This document shows, piece after piece, positions 25,176-40,100 of a stretch of 64,000 nt of DNA; the first letter of the stretch is position 1; each line of letters begins with the position of its first letter. The notes under the pieces are model-generated. The model saw only the letters and a list, made by a program, of their open reading frames with translations. It was not told where the DNA came from and searched no databases. The stretch is taken from contig CM120644.1 of the NCBI GenBank assembly GCA_051362555.1, forward strand, positions 6,208,954 through 6,272,953, in the 5' to 3' direction. The position numbers and the translations under genes are program-made. The stretch comes from Lingula anatina (taxonomy: Eukaryota > Animalia > Brachiopoda).

Positions 25176-28100
25176 AATAAATTAATGATCATATCATCAC
25201 ATTGAGTGTACATCATGTTGTCTTCATTACAATGGGGCCTCGTTTAATTGGGCCATTTGAATCTTAAAGTCATAATAACCCTTCGTTTTGGCCAAAAATT
25301 GGATTTTCCTGGCATAAACGGCAATTTTCCCCTACTTACCAATGGTCAACGACCCCATTCCTGCATTCAAAGTTAGTCCAGGTTTTTTTCCGAAACGCTT
25401 GGTTTTTTGTTAAAATTTCTTAAGAAATAGCCTATCGAGCGGGGTTTTCTGATGACCTACTTAAAACCGCGGGAAAAGCAGACAACAACAACACTTTATT
25501 ACAATAAGATAAGATTCATACGATATAATCGTCTTATTGCTCAGAATACATTTATATCCACAACGTGTGCAGTTCTGGGCTATTCGTTATCCGACACACT
25601 GTACAAAAACTCGCAACTTACGTCTGAGGATTGTGCTATATCCTATCCCACCACATGATATTTTGGTCTCGAATGCACGCGAGAAGATTTAAGAAGATTT
25701 AAGAAGATTTAATATAAATTCAACTGACAATCATTTAAAATCACATATCTCTACCAGTACTTAAAACTGAACATAATCATTTAACCATTTAGGTGAGCCT
25801 GCATTACGTCTGGGGTTTCTACGTGTTATCCCCTCGCTTTCTCTATCATTGGTTTGATCAGTACTAGACTGCATAACTACCTGTTCACCTTTAGTTTGTG
25901 AAGACTGATTATCTTGGAAACACAATTCACGATTCTGACCCCCTGAATAACTATTCTTCCTCACCGACTGGGGCACATTTTGAGAGTGTTTCCTTATTTT
26001 GTCCCACGGAATCATGTATTTGATCAACATGCCTGCGCCAAGTACCATTTTCTACCTGTACTCAATATGACACTGGTCCGGTTTTCTCAGTAATAACCCC
26101 AGAACCCACTTTGCATTAGCGCTCGCATGGTAATTGCGAATATCCACATGTCGCCTGGGCTCAAAGTCATGCAGCACACTCGATCTGGGACTTGCCACAT
26201 CCACCTGTTTGTTTCAAATGCGTTGGTCAATGCTAGGTCTAAACGAGACTGTAATTTCCGACCTAAAAACAGGTGTGCGGGAGTTTCACTTGTTGTGGCA
26301 TGGGGTGCATTTCTGTATGCCAGTAACACCTTAGCCAAACTTTTTCTCATCAATTCATTTTCCTTCCAACTAGCCTTCATAGTGGCCTTAAAAGACTGCA
26401 CAAAGCGCTCACCTAACCCATTCGAGCTTGGGTGATACGGTGCACTCTTTACATGTTTAATGCCGTTCACCTTCATAAAATTGGCAAACTCCATGAGGAG
26501 AACTGCGGCCCATAGTCACTGACCAACACATTGGGTACTCCGTGAAAATATCTCGCGCATGACCTCGATTGTCTTTCTGGCTGTGGTCTTTCGCAATGGT
26601 ACCACTTCAGGCCATTTCGAATGCACATCTACATGTACCACAATCAGAAACATTGAGTTCAAAAATGGGCCTGCAAAATCCACGTGTATGTGCTCCCATG
26701 GTCTACAAGGCCATTCCCGAGGGTGAATTGGGGCTGCTGCTGGGGAACGTTTGTGCTCAGGACACCCTTCACACGACTTCGTGATTTTCTCTATATCAGA
26801 ATCAATGTTAGGCCACCACACCAGGCTTCTTGCCAGAGCCTTCATTTTTACAACTCCCACATGCCCAGTATGTAACTCCCTGAGAATATACCCTCTCAGT
26901 TTTGCTGGGATAACGACACGTATACCCTAGAACAGACAACAGCTGTTCATCGACAGCTCTTATCTACGAGTGTAAAATGGATACATTTCTCTGTCTTCTG
27001 GTTTTATGCACGCTTTCCATCTGTGCATTGTGTTTTCACATACAAGTTGCCATTATAGGGTCACGCCCGGTTTCCATCACTAGTAACCGGCAGATTTTCA
27101 ACCTGATGCACGTACAGCAAATCTGTGCTATCATCGTCTGTCTCCAACTTACCACCAGACATTGGTAGCTGAGACAAACAATCAGCGTTCCCATGACTAT
27201 TTGTGTTTCTGTACATAATGTCATAATCATAACCAAACAAAAACAATGCATATCGCTGCATTCTTGCTGCCGTTGTGACTGACACACCTCTTTCTGGATG
27301 AAAAATTGACACCAAAGGTCGATGATCCATCAACAACATGAAATGCCTGCCATAGCGGTACGAATGAAATTTCTTCACACCCCATACTATAGCAAGAGCC
27401 TCACGATCAATTTGAAAATACTTTCTCTTTGTCTGTGTCAAAGACCGTGACACATACGCGATTGGCTTCTTGGAGCCATCGTCCATTACATGAGACAAAA
27501 CGCACCCTAATACGTAGGGTGAAGCATCACAAGCAATCCGAATTGTCTTTTCTCGATCATAATGTGCAAGCACCTCCTCGGAGGTCATCATGTGTTTAAC
27601 CCTTTCAAAAGCATCATTGCATTTGGAGGTCCAACTCCACTCAACTCCCTTTCCAAGCAACTGATGTCACAGGTACAGCACCGCTGACAAATCTGGTAAA
27701 AATCTCACATAGTAATGCACCATGCCTAGAAACAAGCGCAACTGGTATGTTCTAGTAACCCGAAGGGTTTTCAACCTGATGCAAGTACAGCAAATCGGTG
27801 CTGTCACAAAGTTAGGCAGGTGTTTTTTAATTACCAGTTTCTCAAACTCAGCCAACCTCAAAATGGCTAAATTGAAAAAAAAATCAGTAATAAAATTTAA
27901 CCCAATAATATTTTTAACATTTTAAACAATTAGTTTCTGAATCAGTGGTGTACCATGTTAGTAAATTATGTACCACCTGTAACAGAAGACATGCATGTGC
28001 ATCCACCTAGAGTTTTAGTTTTCTGGAAACCAGCCTATTTTATGTTTCAACTTAACTTGCTCATCACATCTGAATATTGTTCTGTAGAATGTTTTATTTT

Positions 28101-31100
28101 TTATCTATTTATCTTTTTTTTGTCTTCTCTTATGTTATGAAGGTAAATTAAAATGCTAAGGTAAATCACTTGTAAATCAAAGAGATTGTATGCTTTTACT
28201 ATGGGTAAATTATCAGATAATTTTGTCCATTTTTTTCACTGGTAAGGCATTACATTTTGATCCTTATGGGCCACACAACACTGTGTCAGCCAAATGATCA
28301 AGGCCCTTTGATTTTATGTATTTAAGTAATCCAAGACCCCATTTCCAGAGATTAGATCGATCTACTTTAGATCGACCCAACTCCCTGGGGGTTCACGCTA
28401 AATAGCTGTCAGCCAAGCGGACACGAAAGTTAATTACCCCCTTACAGCTTGTAGTAGGACATTTAAGCCAGATTATCTGACAGTAATCTAGTGAGACTTC
28501 CCACGGGGATAGATCGATCTAAAAGCTCTGGGAATGTAGCCCAAGAGCAAAATATGTGGTACGCAAAGTTTACTGACCTGATCATTATGGTCTTTTCCAA
28601 AAGAAGTTGGAGCTCAGGCAAATTAGAGGATCCACTGTAGTCCCAGCCAAAATTATTCTGAAAATAAGTACAAAAATTACTCACCAGATCTGAACAAAAC
28701 TGATCAAATACATTTTCCAGGACAATATTAGTATTGTGTTTGGTGAAATATATATTTAACTGGGTCTTGTGTAGGGGTGGCAAAAATGAATGTGTACATT
28801 GAAGTGTTTTTTTTTTTTTTTTTTTTTCATGAGTACGCCATGAGCAAACTCATATAACAGACATTGAACAAGTAAAAGTGGAAAAAAAACTTTTTATAAA
28901 ACTTGTTACATGAGAAATTTGAATCATGGGAGATGTTACCAAATGCCAATAGTAAATGTAATTAGAAGTGTTGTCAATGTAAATATCTGTTTTACAATGC
29001 TTTTTAATTTGTGTGATAAAATTGTTCCGTTTACAACTTTTGCCCTTTTACAATGCTTTTTAATTTGTGTGATAAAGTTGTTCTGTTTACAATTTATGCC
29101 ATTTCACAATGCTCTTTTCATTTGTGTGACAATTTTGTTTTATAATCATGTGTAATTACTAGTATTATACAATTACTATAATTATCAAATATTTATTAAG
29201 GATTTTATATCCTATTCTGGTTCTGAATATATACTATAGACAGGCCCGTAGCCAGCAATTTCAAAAGGGGGGTTCTTTTTCTGAAAAAGTGGACCTTTTT
29301 CCATAAAAACTTTACGTACCTAGATCAAATTTTACCTAGAGTGGACCTTTTCCAAGCAAAAGGGGCAGTTCTTTCGAACCCACCGAACCCCCCCCCCTGG
29401 CTACGGGCCTGATAGAAAATACTACCTAATGTGTCTGCAACCGTTGCACGACAACAAATGTATTGTCCTTTTAAAAGTCTTTATTCCGCTTGATTTTACA
29501 TAAAATAAAGTACTTTCTTCATGTCCGATCACTAGACTAAGTGTATCTCTCTGTGTGCACACTGTACACATGTATCTCCTTGTGTATTTCTCACAAATTA
29601 CGCGCCAAATGTTTATTATAGAATAGGGCCACATGACTCATATAACACAAAAAGGGCGCAACCCCAACTATACATATACATTACATCTCTTTACATACTA
29701 TATTATTTATACTAATATAAGGTACAATGTGATATATTTCATGTTATTATTAATATATAATGGTACATGTAAGATAAGTAAATAATATTCAAGATATCTG
29801 ATTTTTAGTAACCAAAAAGTGTGAAAACAAAAGTTTGTGTACAATGAACAATGAGTGCTGTTTGTATATAGTATTTTCTGTTTCCATGAAATAGTATTTT
29901 ATTCATGTCTAACTATGATCATTATAAGTTACTGTATCCAATAAAGAATGTATTAGCCAAAGTATCACATAAACTTTGCTGTGAACTGTAAACTCTCCAT
30001 GTGAATAAATTTTCAAACTTGAAAATGTTGATTTCAGTGTTTCTATATTCACCATTCAAAAAGGGAAAAGGAGACATCGTCTTCTATAATTATGTTAGTT
30101 CAATGACATGCGTTGGGGAATACTTCAAAATAAGATCATCTTTTTCTTACCATACGTTCCAATATTTACTCACTTGATCACCAGTGCCCAAATTAATCAA
30201 TAGATTTATAATTTTTCATCAGCCATAGACCAAAATTAGGCCATTTGATGGTAGATGTAGAGAATGGAATCTCTGGCATGGGTGATATGATGTTTCAAAT
30301 TGAAAGTTTTATGAACTTTTGTTTCACATCATTCTTATCAGTAATGCATATGATGGAGATAATTTCTAAACAAGCTCTGCTAGATACTGATGATACAAAG
30401 TAAAACTCTTTTCTCTCCACTCCTCAAGTTAGACAAAGAACGAATTTATTTAGTAAACTGAATTGGTATATAATCTGATATAACAAATAACATAACTAAA
30501 AAGCACTAGCATTCTTGAATAGCCAGTACCATGAATATTTCATCAAAATTTCAGACCTTCATAAAAATCTTGTCCTTTAAAAAAGAGACAAACTATCATT
30601 AATAAAAATATATCCTTCTTCTTTGGCAGAAGTGCTTTAATTTGGATATGCAATATAATACAGTCAGACACTTTAACCTACCTGTTTACCATCACAATAT
30701 CGCAGACCAAAGAGGTGGAAGTTGGGGAAGAGTTGAGGTTTGACCAGCCTCAGCTGGGTGTACAGCTCTGCGGGGCGAGATAACGCAGGTGTCCCAGAGA
30801 GGAGAATCACACGTTTGGATACCTGAATAGTGATGAAAAGAGTTTTTATAAGAACATGAGGCAAAGATATACTAACTGTAGTAGATGGTTTAGCAAGATA
30901 CAAAAGTAGCATTCAAATATGCAAGCACATATACACAAATACCTGCACTCATTAATACTAAATATCATATAATATTAGCAACATAAAATCATACAAAAAC
31001 AAATATCTGTATAAATAACATAACATATTACTTAATTGGTAGAAAGGGCATTATAGAAATGATCATTACATTAATTCTACATAAGACTTTTCTAGAGAGC

Positions 31101-34100
31101 AAAAAATAGTGAAAAATAAATAAACCACAAAAATGGGTTCACATTTTATTGTCATTTTTCCCACAGTTTTCGATAGGATTGTCCTTGGCGATAAAGGGAA
31201 TATTTATGAAAAACTGCCCTAGGAGTTTTTACTTTCTCATACCTCATAAAAAATATAATTAACTTGGTTTAATGTGTATACTGTGTCTTAACTGTTTTGT
31301 TCATTTTAAAAATTACCTTCAAAATCAGTTGTGCTGCTTGGCACCTGGCTGTGCGGAAATTTTTCAAAAAGTGACTTTCGTCCTGAAACATATTACAATG
31401 TATAATGGAAATTTCATTAAAGACAAATACCATAATGCCATAAAGTGTTCATCTGGTACATCTATAAATATTTACTACTTGACTAACATCCAACATTTTT
31501 GCAATCAGGGTGCCTTTCCTAATTTTAAAAACATGAACGTGCATTTTTTTAGCTTTAAGACCAGCGTCTCTTTGCAACTGAGTGTTCTACAATTAGTTTT
31601 GAGCCAGATTCTCTATCCTGTAGATTTGGGAAAATGCCCCCAACTTTTATCCACTTTACTTTTATGACATTCTTATTTAATTGTTCATTGGCAAAATTTG
31701 GCCAATAACATAATCAAATAATCATTTTTCTCATCAATCACCCACCAAAATGGCCACCTTGAATCCTACATGCTGTAGATCATTCTTCTTTTTGGTCATC
31801 ATGTCATAGCTGACAATGACAACTTTCCCAGCTGTGACGTCATCTTTACCAGTCACCACCACATTAATGTCATCTGGGTTGAGATCAGGGATCCATCTTT
31901 GTAGTTGCTGCAAAAAATGTAATGATCTACATAACAATATGCAGGGGCGGATCCAAGGATACTCTCTGACAATCTCCCATATTATCTTTGTTGATCCATC
32001 CTCCATTTTTCGACCATCTTCCGACAGAAATAAATAGATACCCGTCAATGTAAACCTGAAAATCTGACTGTCTTTTGGAAGGCCCAGGAGATGGACTAAA
32101 GCTGCCCTGATATGGTTAGAAAAAACTACTAAATTGTTTCTAAAAAGAGTTAACATGCCTTAATATATGGCCCTTTAGTCCTGAGCCCTCTAGTCACATG
32201 ACCTGACTTTTTTATCTAAATGCAAGAGGACAGTGAAATACATGTTTTTACTGTGTTAAAGAAATTACTTGAAAATACAATGCAGTTATGTATGTATACC
32301 AATATGTCTTGTTCACAAAAGGTTTAAAATCAATTCCATACTTTCTGGTATCATTATTTGTCTCTTATCAGACTGTAATATAACACAAGTAATTATGTAT
32401 GTGGCCAACTCCTACAGTATTCTTTAAAAGGCACTCCTATTAAAGTTTTACCTCGGACCACGCAAATCTGACTGAAGATGGCACCACAACCAAAAGGGGC
32501 CACTCCTTCCTGTAGTAACAAGCCACACATATGGATTGTATTGTTTTCCCAAGACCCATGTCATCTGCTATTATAACACGTCCTTCCCGTGAGATGGCAA
32601 AACTGAAATTAAAATCATTCAAAGTATTTTAAATAACTCACTAGACATGTAGTTGGAACACTTAATAAATAAATACAAATGCAGGAAATTATTGATATTA
32701 TTCTGTACAAGCATATCTAAATAATAATTGATAATATTCTAATAATAAATATCAAATATATACATATCATCAACGTACAGTCATATAATTGTTAAACCAT
32801 AAGGTATTCCCAAGACACAGTCAGCAAATGACTGCAAAATTAATGATCAGATTAAGAATTTCCATCTCATTCACTTGTAGGCCCCATCAAATGAAGTTAT
32901 CCTAAAAACAGAACTGAAATTCCTAAAAATCCTCACTTCACTCCATCTCTCTGGAAAGGCATGAGAGAGCCAGTCAGTGTGTCAGGCACGCGTGTCAAGT
33001 CAGCGTTTGGCACGTGGTTGTCTGTGATCTTCCCTTGGCAGGCAGGTTTAAAAGCCTGGAGAAGAGGTTGGGGCAGACCCTCCAGTTCTATTACTCCTTG
33101 CTGCATCAGAACTCTGGCCCTTCGCACTATAGGGAAAGAAATCAGATTGATAACAGGGGCGGATCCAGGGCTATTTACTGACTGTCTTCCAAATTATCTT
33201 TGTTGATTCATCCTCTAATTTTGACCGTCTTCCAACAGTAAAAATTAGATAACCGTCAATGTAAACTTGAAAATCTGACCATCTTCCGGAAGACCCAGAA
33301 GACGGCCTAAATCCGCCCCTGGATAATCTATCTAAGATATACAATATTCATTACCTTTGCCAGCGAAGCTATGATCAGTGTTTATTAGTTTATGTCTTGA
33401 TTTTAGAGGAAATACAGTATATCAAAATATCCTTTAACAAACTTTGATAAAATGTGCAGGCATGTGCAGTCATTCAGTTGGGAAAAATTATAACTACAAT
33501 TTCAAACAAGGCAGCAAAGTTGTCAAATGTACAGACAACAAGGCAGCAAAGCTGTCAAATGTACAGACAAAAAGCAGACAATAACAATGCACAAAACAGG
33601 CTACTGTCAATTCTGATGCAAAAGTACATTATGCTTAACTGCAAATTCAACATCAAATTTTAATTATGCTCAACAGGTAATACCAATGTAAGTGAAATGT
33701 GTAACAAGCGTAAGGATTCAGGCACATGGGAGTTTAAGTTCACACTTTGAAAAAGCCAGAATGAGAAAAATGAAAATTTCACATAAAACTGCCTAAATTC
33801 AATAATAAATGATAACCCATTTGAGCTGGCTTTCTAATTTGAACTGCATGCCAATCCTACAAATCGTACTTGTAAGTTGAAAATAATAATAAGTAACATA
33901 GTTTTCTTTTCATAATGTTTGTAGTAGCAGTGCAAAAAGATTTTTGTCAATTTTGATGTAACATTACATAATAAATTACAGAATAATTATCACCAATTTT
34001 TGATTATTGACTACAAATAGCATGGACATGTAGAAAATTTGATTACCATTTGGCTTCATGTCCATGGGAGCTTCGAGTCCCACAATGAATATGCCAACAT

Positions 34101-37100
34101 GATAAAAATGAATATTTCACTAAAATGTATAACTTCCAGAAAAAGAAGCCAATTAGACTGCTTTTCCAACTCAGGCTGCATTTTAGTCCTTTGTTTCTTT
34201 TTTGAAAGTTTGACAATCATAAGTAACATGGTTTTCCCATAATGGTCATCATGGCAGCAGCACCCAAAATTGTGTTTTCTTCTATTTTAATGCAATATTA
34301 CATAATGCTTAACAGCATAATGACCATCAGTTTTTAATAATAAAAGATCCGTATCGTGGATTTTCAGAAAATGTGATTAGCATGGGTCTTCAAGCTCGTG
34401 GAGGTTCTAAGTCACACCTTGAAAATGCCAATATGTGAAAAATTAAATTTTCACAAAAGACAGATTAACTGCCAAAAAAATTTACCAAATAGTCTGCATT
34501 GCCCACTGAAGCTTTATTTAAGTCCCATGTTTCTTCCTGTAAGTTTGAGAACAGTAAGTGACATGGTTTTCCTTAAATGGTCATCATGGGAGCAGTGTCC
34601 AAAATAGGGGTGTCTTCAAATTTTGATGCAATATTACATAATGTTTAACAGGATAATTACCATCAATTTTTAATAATAAAATATCAGTATCATGGATATT
34701 CAGAAAATGTTCCTAGCAAAGGTCTTTAGGCCAAAGGAACTTCAAAGTCACACCTTGAAAATGCCAAAATGTAGACAAGACAGCACTGTCCTGAAATGTG
34801 TTTTTATCCATTTTTAACAATTTTTTAACATATAACAAAATTAACAATTTACTGCCATTTATATATGATCAACTAAGAAAATTGATGAGATGGGAAAAAT
34901 ATCAATAGAACAGTGTTTAATGTCCAATTTCCTCCATTCTGAGTTTCTGAACATAGTGAATGAATGAATCTGACAAACTGCAATGATATGAGTTTATTTC
35001 CATTTTTGAAACACTATTATACAATACATGATAACAAGTTTACCATCATTTTTACATAATCAACTAACAATGTTGTAAAGATGCAGGAAATGTCAAACAA
35101 ACACTTTTACGAATCTTATTAGTTAAATAATGAGACTGTTAACATGCCTAAGAATTGAATCTGAGGAAATGTGAAAAAACAGCATAACTTATAAAATAAT
35201 GCCCCGATTATGCTGATTTTCGAACTTGACCTACGTTTTAGTAAGATTGATTACTCCTGTGAGTTTCATGACAACAGGTCTATCGGTTTTTTCTTGAAAT
35301 GTGTTAACAGTGTTGCACATATGCTGAAAAGTGAAAAAAACAGCATAACTACTAAAATAGTGGCCCGATCATGCCGATTTTCGAACTTGACCTGCGTTTT
35401 AGTAAGATTGATTACCCCTATGAGTTTCATGACAACAGGCCTATCGGTTTTTATTGAAATGTGTTAACGATGTTGCATATATGCTGAAAAGTGAAAAAAA
35501 AAAGCATAACTTCTACAATAATGGCCCGATCATGCTTATTTTCGAACTTGACCTGCGTTTTATGAATACTCATCAGCTCTGTAAATATAAAGCCAAAAAG
35601 TAAAACTGTCTTCCACTTATGGTGTTAATGCTGAAAGTGCACGGCAACAGTGACGGCGACATGATCAACGATGGCGACGACAGGCGCAGGTGATGGCAAT
35701 ATGTACATACATATCTGTGTCTGTACATAATAAAATATATGTATCATGGATTTTCAGAAAATGTGACTAGCATGGGTCTTCAAGCCCGTGGAGGTTCTAA
35801 GTCACACCTTGAAAATGCCAATATGTGAAAAATTAAATTTTCACAAAAAACTGATTAACTGCCAAAAAAATTTACCAAATAGTCTGCATTGCCCACTGAA
35901 GCTTTATTTCAGTCCCATGTTTCTTCCTGTAAGTTTGAGAACAGTAAGTGACATGGTTTTCCTTAAATGGTCATCATGGGAGCAGTGTCCAAAATAGGGG
36001 TGTCTTCAAATTTTGATGCACTATTACATAATGTTTAACAGGATAATTACCATCAATTTTTAATAATAAAATATTAGTATCATGGATATTCAGAAAATGT
36101 TCCTAGCAAAGGTCTTCAGGCCAAAGGAACTTCAAAGTCACACCTTGAAAATGCCAAAATGTAGACAAGACAGCACTGTCCTGAAATGTTTTTTTTTCCA
36201 TTTTTAACAATTTTTTAACATATAACAAAATTAACAATTTACTGCCATTTATATATGATCAACTAAGAAAATTGATGAGATGGGAAAAATATCAATAGAA
36301 CAGTGTTTAATGTCCAATTTCCTCCATTCTGAGTTTCTGAACATAGTGAATGAATGAATCTGACAAACTGCAATGATATGAGTTTATTTCCATTTTTGAA
36401 ACTCTATTATACAATACATGATAACAAGTTTACCATCATTCTTACATAATCAACTAACAATGTTGTAAAGATGCAGGAAATGTCAAACAAACACTTTTAC
36501 GAATCTTATTAGTTAAATAATGAGACTGTTAACATGCCTAAGAATTGAATCTGAGGAAATGTGAAAAAACAGCATAACTTATAAAATAATGCCCCGATTA
36601 TGCTGATTTTCGAACTTGACCTGCATTTTAGTAAGATTAATTACTCCTGTGAGTTTCATGACAACAGGTCTATCGGTTTTCCTTGAAATGTGTTAACAGT
36701 GTTGCACATATGCTGAAAAGTGAAAAAAACAGCATAACTACTAAAATAGTGGCCCGATCATGCCGATTTTCGAACTTGATCTGCGTTTTAGTAAGATTAA
36801 TTACTCCTGTGAGTTTCGTGACAACAGGCCTATCGGTTTTCCTTGAAATGTGTTAACAGTGTTGCATATATGCTAAAAAGTGAAAACACAGCATAAATAC
36901 TACAATAATTGCCCAAACATGCTGATTTTCGAACTTGACCTGCGTTTTATGAATATTCATCAGCTCTGTAAATATAAAGCCAAAAAGTAAAACTGTCTTC
37001 CACTTATCGTGTTAACGATGAAAGTGCACGGCGACGGCGACGGCGACAGGGACGGCGACGGCGACGACAGACGCAGGTGATGGCAATATGTACAGACACA

Positions 37101-40100
37101 TCTGTGTCTGTACATAAAAAGCAGGAAATAACAAAACAGGCTACTGTCAATTCTGATGCAAAAGTACATTATGCTTAACTGCAAATTCAACATCAAATTT
37201 TAATTATGCTCAACAGGTATTACCAATGTAAGTGAAATGTGTAACAAGTGTAAGGCTTCAGGCCCATGGGAGTTTAAGTTCACACTTTGAAAATGCCAGA
37301 ATGAGAAAAATGAAAATTTCACATAAAACTACTTAAATTCAATAATAAATGATAACCCATTTGAGCTGGCTTCCTTATTTGAACTGCATGCCAATCCTAC
37401 AAATCATATTTGTAAGTTAAAAATAATAATAAGTTTTCTTTTCATAATGTTTGTAGTAGCAGTGCAAAAAGATTTTTGTCAATTTTGATGTAACATTACA
37501 TAATAAATTACAGAATAATTATCACCAATTTTTGATTATTGACTATAAATAGCATGGACATGTAGAAAATTTGATTACCATTTGGCTTCATGTCCATGGG
37601 AACTTCGAGTCCCACAATGAATATGCCAACATGATAAAAATGAATATTTCACTAAAATGTATAACTTCCAGAAAAAGAAGCCAATTAGACTGCTTTTCTA
37701 ACTCAGGCTGCATTTTAGTCCTGTTTCTTTTTTGAAAGATTGACAATCATAAGTAACATGGTTCTCCCATAATGGTCATCATGGCAGCAGCACCCAAAAT
37801 TGTGTTTTCTTCTATTTTAATGCAATATTACATAATGCTTACGTAACAGCATAATGACCATCAGTTTTTATTAATAAAAGATCCGTATCATGGATTTTCA
37901 GAAATGTGACTAGCATGGGTCTTCAAGCCGGTGGAGATTCTTAAGTCACACCTTGAAAATGCCAATATGTGAAAAATTAAATTTTCACAAAAAACTGATT
38001 AACTGCCAAAAAAATTTACCAAATAGACTGCATTGCCCACTGAAGCTTTATTTAAATCCCATGTTTCTTCCTGTAAGTTTGAGAACAGTAAGTGACATGG
38101 TTTTCCTTAAATGGTCATCATGGGAGCAGTGTCCAAAATAGGGGTGTCTTCAAATTTTGATGCAATATTACATAATGTTTAACAGGATAATTACCATCAA
38201 TTTTTAATAATAAAATATTAGTATCATGGATATTCAGAAAATGTACCTAGCAAAGGTCTTCAGGCCCAAGGAACTTCAAAGTCACACCTTGAAAATGCCA
38301 AAATGTAGACAAGACAGCACTGTCCTGAAATGTGTTTTTTTTTCATTTTTAACAATTTTTTAACATATAACAAAATTAACAATTTACTGCCATTTAAATA
38401 TGATCAACTAAGAAAATTGATGAGATGGGAAAAATATCAATAGAACAGTGTTTAATGTCCAATTTCCTCCATTCTGAGTTTCTGAACATAGTGAATGAAT
38501 GAATCTGACAAACTGCAATGAGTTTATTTCCATTTTGAAACTCTATTATACAATACATGATAACAAGTTTACCATAATTTTTACATAATCAACTAACAAT
38601 GTTGTAAAGATGCAGGAAATGTCAAACAAACACTTTTACTAATCTTATTAGTTAAATAATGAGACTGTTAACATGCCGAAGAATTGAATCTGAGGAAATG
38701 TGAAAAAACAGCATAACTTATAAAATAATGGCCCGATTATGCTGATTTTCGAACTTGACCTGCATTTTAGTAAGATTGATTACTCCTGTGAGTTTCATGA
38801 CAACATGTCTATCGGTTTTCCTTGAAATGTGTTAACAGTGTTGCACATATGCTGAAAAGTGAAAAAAACAGCATAACTACTAAAATAGTGGCCCGATCAT
38901 GCCGATTTTCGAACTTGATCTGCATTTTAGTAAGATTGATAACTCCTGTGAGTTTCATGACAACAGGCCTATCGGTTTTCCTTGAAATGTGTTAACAGTG
39001 TTGCATATATGCTAAAAAGTGAAAAAACAGGATAAATTCTACAATAATGGCCCGATCATGCTGATTTTCGAACTTGACCTGCGTTTTATGAATATTAGTC
39101 AGCTCTGTAAATATAAAGCCAAAAAGTAAAACTGTCTTTCACTTATGGTGTTAACGCTGAAAGTGCACGGCGACGGCGACGGCGACATGATCGGCGACGG
39201 CGACGACAGACGCAGGTGATGGCAATATGTACAGACACATCTGTGTCTGTACATAAAAATATTTTAGATAATCCTTTGGTAACCTTGTTTCTGGGGTGTT
39301 GAGGTGCTGTCTTGTTTCATGATCATGCATTTAAACAACAATATTACATGGTTCAATGTACCAGTGCCTAGTACATGTACAATGTATCCTGTTTAAAATC
39401 TCTTTCCATAGACAAAAGGGGAAAACTATCTGCAGGACTGGACTGTTATTAAATATACTTACTTAATTCTTCATATTCTTCTAATTTGAAGTCCCATCTT
39501 TTGGTTATGGAATCTGAAATGAGGAAATAATATTTTCGCACAAATACTCTACTTAACTTTTCTGAAAATAACAGCTCTTCTTAAAAATACTTTAAAAATC
39601 TAAAACAAAAAAGTAATAAGTAATGATTAACATAATTACTTCAGTCTCATCTTCACCATAACTGGATATTAGATACTGGTTCACTTTCTTCTTAAGATTG
39701 CATTCAGAACAGCTGAGTAACAGATCCATAGATCAATATGGCCGACCCACTTGAATGCTTGCTGATCCATGGATCTGTTAGTCTGCTGTTCTTAGGCTTT
39801 GTTTATATGGAAAATCTATTTTTCTAAAATTCTAAAAATCTATTTTCGATATCTTGTGATCACGGTCTGTGCCCTGGATACCCCGCGGCGTAATTGCTGG
39901 CAGCGCAGAGAATTAATTACAGCTTTGGAAGTAATTGGCTCCCACTGCCTGTAATTACGCCATGGGGTATTCAAGGTACAGACCGTGATCACAAGATACC
40001 ACTATTAGATTTTTAGATTTTTAGAAAATAGATATTCCATGTGAACGGAGCCTTAATGTGTTCTTAGTAGAATCTCTCTTCAATCTCCTCCACCAGGAGC

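Noticed and set aside
34398-38141. Three near-identical ORFs (..[12 protein letters not shown]..) as a small gene family
   Set aside because: They are translations of the repeated non-autonomous element, with non-ATG starts and no recognisable motif.
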